61,885 nucleotides of DNA, filler included, from Choristocarpus tenellus KU-1152 (GCA_964200185.2; 11 parts of 11 records of this genome joined end to end with filler, not necessarily neighbours in it); one strand, 5' to 3'; positions 1 to 13,125 are shown, counted from the first letter of the whole stretch. Notes: generated from the sequence alone by a model not told the origin. Translations and numbers: made by a program.

Positions 1-73
1 ACCAAAAAAGTGAAAATCGAAAAAACGGTGAAAAACGGACGCCGACACCCCCACCCCCAAGATACTTTGACCC
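1..73 (-). mobile_element. MITE family B terminus
   Basis: Ends in AGATACTTTGACCC. The reverse complement matches 28019-28091 and the start of the copy at 2722. Confidence 0.75.
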
Positions 74-316
74 ATCTGCTGACTGTGAGCTTGAATTCCT
101 GAGGGGGGATGTGTGGCATGCTGGTTCCAGCGGTTGCGTCGAGGCCCAGGCGTTTGCTCCTTGTCCACACTGACTCCGGTGGCGCGCTAAGGCTAACGAA
201 GAGCTTTCCCTCCCTTGGTGTGCCTCATTTGGAGTTATAATCGTATTACTCGTTGGGAAACCCACATACAGATAGATGGTCGTTACCGTATATACTAGAT
301 AAAGAAGATATGAAAA

Positions 317-388
317 CTCCCTCGCCGGGAGTCGAACCTGGGTCTCCTGAGTGAGAGTCAGATATCCTAACCGTTGGACTACGAGGGA
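317..388 (-). tRNA. tRNA-Glu (anticodon CTC)
   Basis: Reverse complement TCCCTCGTAGTCCAACGGTTAGGATATCTGACTCTCACTCAGGAGACCCAGGTTCGACTCCCGGCGAGGGAG folds as a cloverleaf: acceptor TCCCTCG/CGAGGGA, anticodon loop CTCTCAC, TTCGA T-loop. TTTT Pol III terminator follows (313-316). One A-C mismatch in the T-stem. Confidence 0.93.
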
Positions 389-442
389 ATATGTACACCT
401 TTATTGATATCAACATTATCAAGATTGTTATTACGCTGTATG

Positions 443-551
443 CGGAAAGCATGCTTGTCTGTTTGTCATACCGTTATTGCCGTATGATATATACCGTTAT
501 TATATTGTACCGATTGAGTTTCCTTGTCAAGCATCCATGATTCCACTGGCG
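443..551 (-). repeat. Dispersed repeat shared with 24073-24180
   Basis: Reverse complement aligns by eye with 24073-24180 (shared ACGGCAATAACGGTAT and CATGCTTTCC blocks). Confidence 0.7.
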
Positions 552-881
552 GACCTTCCGTCAGAATGAAACCATGGAATCTCTTCACGAGACCAATCCC
601 ACAGACTTGGGACAGCTCGTCATTCAGAGTTGTCACACATGGAAGATCCACTTTGTTCTCACGTCTTGACTTGTGGTGATGAAGCCCCATCTTTGAAGTT
701 GCTCATCACTCCTTAATTTGCACCTGTTTAAACCTTAAACTCGTACCCTCGGGTACGGTTTGTCTTTGTTCGTCTGGTCCCTCTTACCCAATGATGATTC
801 TCTTCGCTACCCTTGGCTGAGTGAACCACATTGCCACAGAATCACAGGATTCACATGTATATATATTCATTTAATGACAAA

Positions 882-1112
882 GGGTCAAAGTATCTGAGGG
901 GGGGTGGCGGCTGTCCATTTGGGGTCAATTTTTTCATGTCGCAATTATTGTGTGATTTGGTTGCACACGTTGGATGGATAATGTAAGTGGATTTTTCCTG
1001 GTTATGATCCAAATGGACACCATGGTGTAACACCCCCCCCCCCCCCCCCCACACACCCCACTTTTAGTAGCCTTTTATTTTNNNNNNNNNNCCCCCCCAG
1101 ATACTTTGGGTC
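882..1112 (-). mobile_element. MITE family A copy
   Basis: GGGTCAAAGTATCTGAGGGG...CCCCAGATACTTTGGGTC inverted termini flanked by AAA/AAA. Contains a short N gap. Confidence 0.8.
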
Positions 1113-1255
1113 AAAGTCCTTTTTTTTTTTTTTTGCAATCTTGCCATTTTGCCTCTGTAAAGATTCCTCTTAACCTCACACAATCCCAAGTCACCTTACT
1201 AATATGATATTTTAACTTGCTACAGTTGAACATACAAATTGAAACAGGTGCGGTA

Positions 1256-2174
1256 GGTGATCCTCATCTGACCGGATTTTCAGGTCAGCAAGTTCGATTT
1301 TACTGGTGAGAGTGGTGATTGGTACAACCTGGTTTCTGATGGAGAGGTTACAATCAACATGCGATTGACTGCTCCATTACCAGGTCTTCCAATCATCACA
1401 TACATCACAAGACTAGGCAGTGGCGCCCCTGGCTTGGAGGGTAAGATTCACACCATTGAAATCATGGATAAGGACACCGACAGGATGGAATCCTCATGGC
1501 CTTCTGATAAGGTACCTTGCCTCGCTGATGGTGCTCTTACTGTTTATCTGAACAACATGGAAGTGACAGCTCCTGGCCAGCACCCTGTAGGCATTATAGT
1601 AAATATCTCTGTAGCAAATCTTCCTGGGGAGTGTACATCATTTGGGGTTTCAAAAATACTGGCAGAGAAAAGTGCTAGAGGCGGAGGGAATACAATACCT
1701 CAGAATTAGGCATCAAGCTGGAAGCTGCGGTCTGTAGTAGACATGGACGACTGGATTCTCCGTGGCTTCGCCAAAGCCAATCCTAATGAGTGCAGGGCAT
1801 ACGTCAAAAAAGCTGTACAGGAAGGCACACTTTTTCATCACCAGTCAGACCACCTTTCGTTCCAAGTTGTTACTCCCACTTTGATGTTGTGCTTAAACCA
1901 TGGCAAGCTTCACCACGTAGCAATGCCAGACCTTTCAGGACGTTTTGACCCCCCAGATCACCTTGCGTACCAGATGGATCTAGGGTTTGTGGATGGGGAC
2001 TTCGGGTCCGTTCCAAAAAGGCACTTTCGGTGAGACTACTGTTGTGAACCTGGCCGAGAACGGAACTTCCGTCCTAGAAGGAACTGGGGCAATCCGTGGT
2101 ACACAAGAGGAATACTGAGAGTGCAGGGTGCCCTAGAGACAGACTTCAAGCGACTTCATTTGTACCACTCATGA
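1256..2174 (+). pseudogene. Pseudogenised GDPH-motif (VWD/root-cap-like) extracellular domain typical of brown algal secreted proteins
   Basis: Reads GDPHLTGFSGQ, then after a +1 frameshift KFDFTGESGDWYNLVSDGEVTINMRLTAPLPGLPIITYIT. In-frame TAG at 1707-1709, with MDDWILRGF continuing in the same frame. Further frameshifts near 2018 and 2116. Confidence 0.7.
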
Positions 2175-2721
2175 AGTATCATTTTCCCGATCGTCCTACA
2201 GAGGTGTTGATTGAAGTGAAAAAACTCGAATGTTCGTCGTCCCACAGATATTGCTCAGGAAAGAAGTGAGAGATAGGGTGGGGTACGCTGAACATTCGTT
2301 GACAATCTCAAAGTAGCATGTGATTGATCCCCATTATTATTGGTTGTGATCAGTCACAATAGAAAGCATGATCCCTCATCTTTCCCAGTTTGAATCCATC
2401 ATCTCAGGGATACCGCGAGAGAGTCGTGCGTCTGCCTCATACAACATCACCTTTACCAAGTTCAATACAAACAGTTGACGCACAAACTGAATGTCACTAC
2501 ATCGCTACATTGTTGTCTTGTATATATATTATTATGCCCTCTGTCATTTTGCAGATGTGTCAGGGGAAAAACTAATGAGAAGCAAATTCAATATCATCAG
2601 GACCCCTGAAAAAGTAACGGTTGTGGTAAATGTAAAAGATAATTTCTATCACCTATTTACTATTTGAGCACCACCAGCTATGCTACACCACTCCCCTCGT
2701 ATGCCTCCAACTTAGCTTATA

Positions 2722-3290
2722 GTATCTGGGGGGGGGGTGCCGGCATCCGTTTTTCACCCTTTTTTCGATTTTTACTTTTTGGTGTGATTTGGTCTCACGT
2801 GTCGGATTGGAAATGTGGGGAAAAAAAAGAAGACAGTTGGTTATGTTCCCTTCTGTCCTTGCGTACGCAAGAGGAACGGGAATATATGCCACCATTTATT
2901 TGGACTTGGTCCGGAGTTTCGACGTTTATATGTACCGGATTTCGAATGTGTTCAAACAGGCTTATGTCGACGTGTATGTTGGTTACACAGTTAGGATGAA
3001 GAACGAGAGATATGCCATTGGTTGTTTCAGGGCTAGTTATTGGTTTGTTTGCTTGTATGAGGGGGATTTGCTTAGCACATAAAGAGGGCTGTCGGTTATG
3101 GTGTGCTTTCCCAGTGTTAGCACGAGGAACTGAGAAAAAGACCATGTACTGTTTCGAGGTTAGTTTTTTCGTTTATTAGCTTGCATGAGTCGTGTATGGT
3201 ATGCACACAAAGAGGACTGTCAGTTAGGGCCTGTTGTCCTGGTGTGTGCGCGAGAAATAAAACAACAATCCATGTACTGTTTTAAATTTA
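2722..3290 (+). mobile_element. Longer family B element with internal direct repeats
   Basis: Start matches 28019-28091 (GTATCTGGGGGGG...CCGTTTTTCACCCTTTTTTCGATTTT). Internal block ending CCATGTACTGTTT occurs twice (about 3080-3155 and 3210-3282). Right end not located. Confidence 0.55.
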
Positions 3291-3997
3291 GTATTGGTTT
3301 ATTTGCTTACATGTGTTGGATTTAGTATGTACACAAACGGGGTTGTCGCTCAGAGTCTTAGGGTTAAAGTTGTTGGCATGAAGGAAGAGAAAAGGGTCAG
3401 GTTTTACTTTCGGGTTAGTGAAGTGTTTCTTTGATGTAGTGTGTCGACGGATTCTGGATGTGTTCACAAAAGACTTATTGGTCAAGGCCTATTGTCGTAC
3501 GTTTCGCTGGAAGTATCTCAAGATATACAACCGCTGATTCTGGGTTAGGGTTAGTGGGTTGAATAAGTCCTGATGAGGTAGGGCTGGTTTGGTGTAATAA
3601 GGGTCGATGACGACACTGGTACGTAATTCAGGTAAGACTCTTGTCTATTTTAGGTTGGCACGGGATGCAGATGGGCTCAGTGTAATTGTTAGGGTAAGGA
3701 TATGGCTAGTGTCGATGTGCGAGGGTGGCGATCCAGGACATTCGTCGAGTTCATGGCACATGTTTGGGGGAGGCTCACGGTTGGTGTTATGGTTAGGAGA
3801 ATCAGGCGTGGACTTCGGTATATGATCGTTCAAGATTTGAAGAAGGACGAGATCGGTCCTCATTTGTCGACACTTGGACAAAGCATGAGATGGTGCATAG
3901 AGCATTGAGAAGCAGGGGGGAGGTAGGTAGTAGGGTCTACATCAGGGTGTCCATTTGGGTCAAATCAGGAAAAGTGCATTTACGTTATCCATCCGAC

Positions 3998-4097
3998 NNN
4001 NNNNNNNNNNNNNNNNNNNNNNNNNNNNNNNNNNNNNNNNNTTAATTAATTAANNNNNNNNNNNNNNNNNNNNNNNNNNNNNNNNNNNNNNNNNNNN
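3998..4097. other. Artificial contig linker N-run/TTAATTAATTAA/N-run (recurs near 7743, 11247, 15183, 19414, 23973, 28092, 36341, 50290 and 58052)
   Basis: Identical 100-nt structure carrying stop codons in all six frames. Confidence 0.95.
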
Positions 4098-7000
4098 CCC
4101 TTCCCTCTAGCTTTGGACTTCATATTGGCCTTGGCCCTGGCTGTTGTAGGTCTCACTCCCCCTCCTCCCTTCGCTGCAGTACCCCTGCCATGCTTTGTTG
4201 TTTGCAAGACCTTGCGCTTCCCTGAAGAACCTGAACCTGAACCTGAACCTGAACCTGCAGAGCCCCTGCCTGTGCCTACGTATGACCCATAGTACGACGA
4301 GTGCCCCCCCCCTCCCTGCCAGTGCCCTCCCCCTCCTCCCCCCTCGCCATCACTTCCATGACCATCCTGTTCTTCCTCCTCATGCTCCTCCACCATTTCC
4401 CTACCCCCTTCAGTCTCTTCAACCATCCCATCCTCCTGATTCTGCCCGTCATCCTCCTCCTCCTCCTCCTCCTCTTCCTCTTCCTCTTCCTCTTCCTCTT
4501 CCTCCTCCTCCTCCTCTTCCTCTTCCTCCCTTTCCACATCACGGTCCCCTCGATCTCCGCGATTCCTATGTCCGCTTGCTATTGGGCCTCGTCCTCCCCC
4601 CTCCCCTCCCCCGCCCCCTCCCCCCGTGGAGTGCCTTGATCTTGATGAAGGCCGCCGCGAGCCTGAAGAAGAGGTTGAGGGTGCCAGGGCCTTCGCTGCA
4701 AGCTCAGCAAGCATTGCCGCCTGGGCTGTCCGCTTGGAACTCCCCCGTGTACGGGTATTGGACACAGAACTACTGTTGGGAGCTCCGGCATGAGTCACGT
4801 TCTGAAAGGTGTGTAAGGGAGCGACACAGAAAAGGAGGGGGGCGGGGGGGGGTAGAAAGGTGACAAGGGGGATATGGGGAACGGACTTGATATTCATAAA
4901 ATGAGGATTGAAGCAGAGGAGAGGCGCTGAGTGTGTGTAGGAAGTGAGGCAAAGGAAGGTGTGCAGATGGTGGGGAGGGGGATGGAAGAGACAGAGAGAG
5001 GAGGGCAGGTGGAGGAAGGGGGGCTCGGTGGGAGGGAGGAACCTTGGGTTCACCGGATTTTTGTTACTGTGAGAAGTTGAAGTCCTATGGGGTCTTCCAT
5101 CAGTGCGCAGTACTGAAGTATTTGATGAGAAGGTTACCACAAGGTTTGCACAGCCAAATGTTCAAACAAGGAAAGGGTGTCGCCATGTGCCCATTCCCGA
5201 GAAGTGGGAGAGGACCCGTTACATACTAAATGTACACAAAAACAACAAAAAAAAGAAGAGGAACTCCTTCCCCCGCCAAGAACACACCATTACAGCATAT
5301 CACCACTTGTGTCTGTCCCTTTGTAAACGTGACCAAAATTTCCCCCACAAGAACAGAGCAAAACAGGACAATGTGAAGCAGAAAAAACCACATATTTTCA
5401 CAATTCCGCTTGAGCTCCTCATTTCAGAGTCGATCCTTGAGGGAATTTCAGGACTTGACCCAAAAACCCAAGTGCTTGATCCAAAACAGATTGACATAAC
5501 ACTTGTTGAACCCCCCCCCGCCCCCCATCCCCCATCCCCCATCCCCCATCCCCCAAACACACACAATTCCCGTCCCAACTCACCTCAGGGTCAATAGTGT
5601 TCATGTGAACCTCAATATCCATGAGATCCATCGTTCCGTCCTCGCTGTCAATACCCCCGCCACGTATACCCCCCACATTAACCCCCACTGCAGCAGCTTT
5701 CTGCAGCTTCTGAAAGTACTTCTGCGCATGAGTACGAGTCTGAACCACAGTTCGGGTACGAACCATGCTCGCCACCCGCTTCCACTCCTTCCCAAACTTT
5801 TTCAAGGCCTGTTGGCACAAGCAGACAAGGAGAGGAGGGGTGACCCGCAAGCAAGGGCAATGGACCAGGGGAGGCGTAGAGAGTCACCATACATCTATAT
5901 ACCGGCAAGGTACCGAACACGCCTCACAGTGGGTGGACACAAGACCTTTTTGTCTTACCAAAAAAATATATATAAATAAGGCATTCATAGTCCCTCCAGC
6001 CGACAGGACATCCACAACCTAGGAAGTACTCAGTACATGGTAATATATATTTTTTAATTTGCACGTATAATAGTAGAAAAGGTACGTGACACAAAAAGGT
6101 ACTGACAGTACTGAGCAATTGTCCCCTTTGCGATCAAAGGGTTAGGGGGTGGCTAAGGGCGGAAGTGTTGTGTCCCTTGGGGTTCAAATTTCACACATCT
6201 CACACACCTCAACATGTTCTCAGAAGTATGATCAATATTTCATTCAAGGGACGAGTTGCTGTTCACATTTACAGCATACCTCGTCACAAACACATGTGGG
6301 AAAAATGATGCCTTTCCACATCCTCTGCAAAACACACACACACACACACACACATAAACACACAAATCAGCAATATCGCACAACTAGAAACCACACAGCA
6401 AGGGAACACATGTGGTCTCTACTTCTAAACTGCACTCCTCCCCCCCCCGCCCTCCTCATGAACCGCATTCTTGGGGATACAAACCGAGAAGCCTGGTGCT
6501 ATCAATTCAAAGGTTTGATGAGCATATATTAATTCGACTAAAAAAGGTTGCAATGTGATCATTAAGAATCAAGTTTTGCGTGTGGTGTATGAAGCAAGCC
6601 GCCCAAAGAGCTACAGCAGAACCTCCAGCCTAGCAGACAAGAGCTTATACGCATTTGCTTGCACATACCCCATCGAATCTAACTCCTCCACTCTTTTTTT
6701 AATGTCTCTTGTCCAAGATACAATCGAACCGCATCAATTCTATTACTTAATAGTTTGCAACACTGGAAACGTATAGCTTAATGGGTGTGACATATGCGTA
6801 TGAATCCTAAGGCAAAGGTGGTGACCCCTGGAATCTGTGAGACATCCCTGATAAGTGAAGTCAAAGCATACAGACAATGCGTTGCAGTAATCGTACAACA
6901 GAGGTTGCCTGGACACATAAGTCCAAGGCATCACATGCTGTGCAAAGCTTTTTCTTTAGCTGGGCACGGATCCACTGCTTGGGGTCCACATGAATACAAA

Positions 7001-7742
7001 CAATTCTACATCTTAAGTTCTTCCCCTTCCTCTCCCCCCTCCAGGTCAAGAAGGAGTTCAAGGGTTTGTGCATCAGAAGCTTTGGACTGAGCACCTATTC
7101 TACTACAACAGGGGATGACATGATGAATAACAAAAAAAGAGTAACTCTCAAGGCGTCTTGTGTTGACACAGTGACAAAGAACATTTCAACAAATACTAGA
7201 AGTGAAGAGGCAGGAGCACAAAGCCCATACTGGTGCTGTCCACAAACAAATCACCATGAAATCATCTCCGCAAGGACCTCAACCCCTCCTCAAACACACA
7301 GGAGCAAAAAATTCAAACAAGGGGCACATCCTGCAAGGCATTTTCATAGGCAACCAAGCGCAACAGAGATTCACAAGAAAATAGCAGCAGGCAACAGACT
7401 CGAGGGCATAGAAGCAGGGGGCAGGGAGCAACTAAAAAAGAAAAAAAAAGGAAAGAAAAAAGGAAAGAAAAAAGGGACAACTCATAGCTCACTCACTATT
7501 CTATCCCCCCCCCCCCTCACCCAACTCACTTTCAGGAAAAGGTCATGCTCATCTTTAGTCCACCGACCAGTCTGCTCAGTCCCCGGCGGGCACACCTTCC
7601 CATGTTGCCCCCCACCTCCTTCCCCCCCACCTCGTCCGCCCTCATCGCTCCCACCACTCCCTCCACCATCACCCCCGCCGTCACTCCCCCCCCTCCCTCC
7701 GACCCCACCCATCCCCCCTCCTCTTGAACCCCCTCCACCCCT
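4098..7742 (-). CDS. SHAQKYF-class single-repeat MYB transcription factor (partial, both ends in gaps)
   Basis: Exons 7742-7530 (TGRWTKDEHDLFLK), 5808-5584 (ALKKFGKEWKRVASMVRTRTVVQTRTHAQKYFQK) and 4801-4098 (Gly/Ser/poly-Glu low complexity). Both introns are GT-AG, phase 0. Confidence 0.92.
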
Positions 7743-8101
7743 NNNNNNNNNNNNNNNNNNNNNNNNNNNNNNNNNNNNNNNNNNNNTTAATTAATTAANN
7801 NNNNNNNNNNNNNNNNNNNNNNNNNNNNNNNNNNNNNNNNNNGGGGGGGGGGTATCACCGAGCAAAGATATATTTTTTGCAAAGAAAGTTAGATGCGGCT
7901 AGTAAATGTTGCGGTATACAATATATTCTTCCGTTTTTGTGCTGGTACAAGCAAAAAGAACAGAAGAGGCTATCCTGCCTGGTAAGATGTTGGTACAATC
8001 AACTTTATTTCAGGGCAGTGTAGTTGGCATAGCCAGGACTGCCAAATCAGCATCTATAATGAGTCAGAAGTCTGTATAGTGGGGCAATGCATGAGTCTGG
8101 T

Positions 8102-8364
8102 GAGCCAATGTATCTTAGAGGGTACAGTCGCGTCCATTTGGGGACCAAAATCCGATGTTGCAATTTTGATGTAATTTTGACTATCATGCTTGTTAGGTAG
8201 GAGATGTCAATATCCTTGTCTGGATACTCCTTTTCATAACGTATACATTTTAACTACTCCGAAACATTTTGGAGTAGGTAAAATGTCATTTAAAATCCAT
8301 GGGAAGCCAACCCCCACATGGACAAACAGGACAAAACTCGTACCCTCCAAGATACTTTTACTCT
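8102..8364 (+). mobile_element. MITE family C copy (~260 bp)
   Basis: Termini GAGCCAATGTATCTTAGAGGGTA...TACCCTCCAAGATACTTT. Closely similar to 45907-46166. Confidence 0.8.
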
Positions 8365-11103
8365 GGCATGAATCAGCACATCGTAAGGTTCTAAAGCTCA
8401 AAGGAAAAATGAATAAATCACTATATGTTTCGGAAACCATAGATGAATACAGGCACTGTGCTCCATTGGCAGTGAAGGGATGAGCAATGGCCTATGGCTT
8501 GCACGTATAATAGTCAATAATTTTCATGTAGTAAATTCTCGCATATACATGTAAATGTGTGTGTGTGTCCACTCATAAACTGCTGAGTTATGAATATCTT
8601 TGAATGTTATGATACTTCCCAGCGTGGCAGTCAAGAGCAATATGGTATAGTGACAGGCTCTGATCACATGCTAATTCAATCAACCAATTACCACCCTCTG
8701 CAACGCCTTGCTTGCACTCGAGCACAATAACTCTGTAAAGCATACTAAAGAAACCTGAGAGAGATTATTGCACACCTGTTCCCCATCCCTGCCCACAGAT
8801 AGTAGCTAGAATACTTTTCCTACTATCCTTGACATTCAACCACAACTTTCTGATTTACACAAGCTTGCAGATAAAAATGTTTTTTGTGTGTGAGCAAAGT
8901 GCCCTCAGCACTTCAACTGGCTTGTACAAACTTATAGCAGAGAAGAAGATTGAGTAAAAAAAATCAACTTCCTCTAAGCTGGCATGTACTGGTTACCTGA
9001 GGTGATGGTGATGGTGCTATTTCCTGAGACATAGGTTCAAATGGACAAGTACCGATAATGACTTGTACCTCTCATTAAACTTTCATTCTGCTCATTTTTC
9101 ATTTACCCTCTCTTCCTCTGGTATAGGTAATGGGATCCTCTCTAATAATGCACAAGTTTGCAACATCCAGGGGGGATTCATCAACAGAATGGTCACGTGT
9201 AGAGGATGGGGTGAGGGACACAAGAATAGGATAGACCGCAGACTGGGGAGCCACGGTTGAAGCAAGGACTGGAATAGGGACAGGGTTAGGCCTGTTAGTG
9301 AAGGGGAAAGTGAATAGTAAGGGGTGCAGGAACGACCTATCTCAGTGACAAAGGCCATGTTAGAGATTCAATTGGCAAAGGGAATCTCTATAATCCATGA
9401 CAAACACCGAGCATTTAGGGCTAGGGCTAGGGACAAGTATTTTGCTTTTAATTTGAGCAATGCCACAACACATTGACAATGCCACTGCCTCTTCATTAGC
9501 AAATGCAATAGTGTTCTAGGTACTTACCTCTCATCCGATCGGTTGTGTACAACTTCAATAACAGATTTTCCTTTTCTGTCTGACATGCAGTTGGTTAGGA
9601 TCACTTCCTCTATATTGGTGCTGATTGAGCAGTATGCTCAACATCAACGTTGAACTCATTGAGAATGAGAGGTCAATGGAAGGGAGGCGGCTTATGTAGT
9701 ATGAACGAGAAGGTTACACCAGTATATATTTACCATCACTGTATCTTGCTCTAAAGGGTTATTCAATTGAACATTGAATAATATTTCGAGGATCAACATT
9801 TAAAACACCTTTAGTGGTTGATGTGCACTCCACATATGAATGAACAGGTGTTCAGGTATAACGTTAACCTTGTGTTTTGCCATATGGTGACCGAATTGTG
9901 CAGGCAGATCAAGATCTTGTGACTGGGGCTCGTAGTACAGCGGGGATGGCAGTGGGCAGGCCAGTCGCAGTGAGTTTGAGGGGCGCGAACGTGATAAGGG
10001 CCAAGCATACCGGAAGATGGGTAATTCTCAACAAGGTATAGTTGATAGACTGCATCTCGTGGGGGGAAAGCAGCAGCAGTCTTGCCCCTTTGGTATTGAG
10101 GATTGGGAAGGTATTTGATCAATAGTTGTGTAGAAAGACCAATGAGTCAGAGGATTCTTGGATATGACAATAAAATGCGTATTGACACCCAAGCGATTTA
10201 TGCCTGGGTTGCATACAAAGGTGGAGGATTTGATGATAGACTTCATCAGAGTTTATGGCAGTATCTGGTGTGTTTGTTCTGTTGTTGAGTCGGAAAATAT
10301 TGATTACACATTATGATGAGTTCCTTCTATTGAGGACCACAAATCTTGGGAGGAGAGCTTTCTCACCTCTTGGCTTATTACAACCCTGTAGTGGGACTTC
10401 TAAGAGCTTCCAGTCATTTTTCGCCCAACAACTACAGGTATGAAGTTAGCTGGCAGGAACACCTACCACCTCGAAATGTGGAGAGCCCAGCTGCTAATGC
10501 TGAAGTTATGGGCATAGACACACAATATTCCTTGTACACATATTCCTGACCATAAAATACAATCTTTAGTTGAGAGAACTGCAATTTGGATATGGAGAAT
10601 GTACTGACTCTTACGATTTTTTATTGCTCTTTACATTACTGTTTTACTTCTGTGGGCTTAACAAAAGATTGGAGTGAGATACATTAGATGAACTGGGACT
10701 GGTCGTACATTTTTTCAATGAGTCTGCATACAGGTGTTTTTGTAAACTAATCTACCTCTTTGCATGTAACTCTTCTGAACCCGTTCACTCCTGTGTGAAG
10801 CTTTCCTGTACCTGTCTATATCTATACCAACTTTGGTTTTGTTGAGGGTTACTCCCACACAATATTATGTTTCATTGATTATGCCCTTTGCAACTGCCAA
10901 ATATTCAGAGTTCTGACTGTTTAGGCACTCGGTGGTCCTGAGCTAGAGTTTGGAAGACTTGGCTGGTTGGGGAAGCTTGAATTAACAATGAAGCTGGTAT
11001 GTCTTTAGCTGAGAATCCTTTTTGCATAGGGTTCCCATACCCTGAATAGGTGCGATTGTTTTAACATAGCCCATCACCAGCCTGTCTCTTTAAACTTGTT
11101 CAT

Positions 11104-11246
11104 GACCCAAAGTATCTGGGGGGGGCGGGGGTCTACACCAGGGTGTCCATTTGGCCCAAAATCAGAAGAAGTGCACTTATATTATCCATCCAATGTACGC
11201 AACCAAATCACCCAAAAATCGTGACATGAAAAAATTGACCCCAAAT
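11104..11246 (+). mobile_element. MITE family A copy (truncated by gap)
   Basis: Starts GACCCAAAGTATCTGGGGGG; same internal sequence as 24427-24607. Confidence 0.8.
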
Positions 11247-13125
11247 NNNNNNNNNNNNNNNNNNNNNNNNNNNNNNNNNNNNNNNNNNNNTTAATTAATT
11301 AANNNNNNNNNNNNNNNNNNNNNNNNNNNNNNNNNNNNNNNNNNNNCAGTGTTGACTGGTGGAACTGTATCGTATCAAGGAAGAAACAGATGAGTAGCTT
11401 ATGTTTTATCATAAGTTGTCTTTTAGAGGAGGTCAATGCTCCCAACCATCCCCATTGTCATCATGGGTAACTTTTGTCAAGATTCCAACTCTCAGATCGA
11501 GTAGTAACAACGTATCCTTGTCAGACCTTAGCAAATGGGATTGTAGTACAAAGGAAAGTTCTAAGATGGATAGTTGTCAGACTAAGTAACAAAACAGAAG
11601 AAATGAACAGCTTTACCTTTCTACAGTTGGATGTTATCATGCCTTCTAGGACCTTCGCAACACAAGACCATGCCCAACTAATATTCCCACCCAAGAACAA
11701 CTCTTGCCCTGATAGGATCTGTTACGTCTCTTCCCTATAAGTACTAGTGTCAAACATTATGGAAGGATGAAAGCGGAAGAGATCGACAGGACACAGGGTC
11801 CAGTTTTTGAGTTCAAGTCACTCCACTGGAGGGTACGGTTGAAGGATCGAGGTAAGAAGGAGGAATTCACCAGGATAGAGATGATTGACTCCTCCAGAAA
11901 ACCTCCCAGCAGGTAACAGTTGTATGCCTGAAGGATAAGGTGAGGTTCATTCGGTACATGCTAGAACAAGAGATTAAAGCAATGATAATCATAGCCACTG
12001 AAAGGAACATGAGACAGCAAAAGTCAAAATGAAGAAACTGCCCACATTAGACCATACAGTAATACATATATGGGTTGTATAGACTAAAGTCCTTAGAAAA
12101 TATATACACCGAACTCATTACTTTTTTTAAAAATTATTTATTATTTTCCTCTTTTCTATGTTGTAACTTCTCTCTGTGATCTTGAATTTTCTATTTTTGT
12201 ATAGTATCTTCTTTATCTCACTTCTGTTCTTCTAATATTTATTTATTTATTTTTAGTTCTAATCTCATCATCCCTTGATTTTTAATTTCATTTTTTTCAT
12301 AGTTGTTACTCTCCTTACTTTTTTTTCTTCTCCTTTCTTTTTTTGTTCTTCCTTTTTTATTTTTTATTTTATTTGTTATTGTTTATTCAGTTTCCACTTG
12401 GCTACCCTCATCATCCACATACAATTTTTCTTTCCGTTCTATTTATTACTCCTTTAACTTTATCCTTTTTTCTCTCTTTTATTTATTATTATTATTTGTT
12501 GCTCTCATTGGCCCTTCTTTATTTATTTTTTTAATTAAAAAAAAATGTCATTCCCTGTTTTGCGCATTAACGGCAAGAGTATGTTTTGTGCTTGGAGGGC
12601 ATCAGACAGACAATAATCAGATGTCAAGCAGGTCATGAATCCCGTCGAGTATGTCTAATCCCTGATAGCACTTGGGTATATAACTGGGAAGATTGGAACG
12701 GAAGGTGTGTGAATTATAGGTCTAATCAGAGCTATGTACTTCGTAACTTTTTTGAAGGTCCAGTTCAGAAGAAACAAGTGCATACTCGGATTAGCCTAGA
12801 CACAATTTGACGGAGATTGTATTGTGTGACCTTATGGACACCTTGAAGGGAACATGAATAAATTAATCACATTTGTGATTAGTGAGATCGGAACTGTGAA
12901 CCAATTCATTTTAGGCCTTGTCAGATATATATCGCAAATTTTGAAGGTGTGTTTCAGAAAGAGCAAATGTATACTCAGACTAGACCAGGGGAAATCTGAC
13001 TCTGATGGTATTCTGTGACCCTTGGGAAAGATCTTCCCAAGGAAAACAAGGACAATTGTTGACCTGGTTTGGTCCTAGTTAAACTAGGGGATTTGTTGAT
13101 CATTGTTGGAATCCATGGGTTAATT

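Noticed and set aside
3998-4097. Recurring TTAATTAATTAA motif as a biological site
   Set aside because: Always embedded in fixed-length N runs, so it is an assembly linker.
4195-4863. Pro-rich, Arg/Lys-rich and Leu-rich overlapping ORFs
   Set aside because: Shadow frames of the poly-Glu/Gly MYB exon.
7066-7794. 242-aa Pro-rich plus-strand ORF
   Set aside because: Antisense to the Gly-rich MYB exon and its intron.
12275-12638. Hydrophobic Phe/Leu-rich membrane protein ORFs
   Set aside because: Translation of a T-rich low-complexity tract in all frames.
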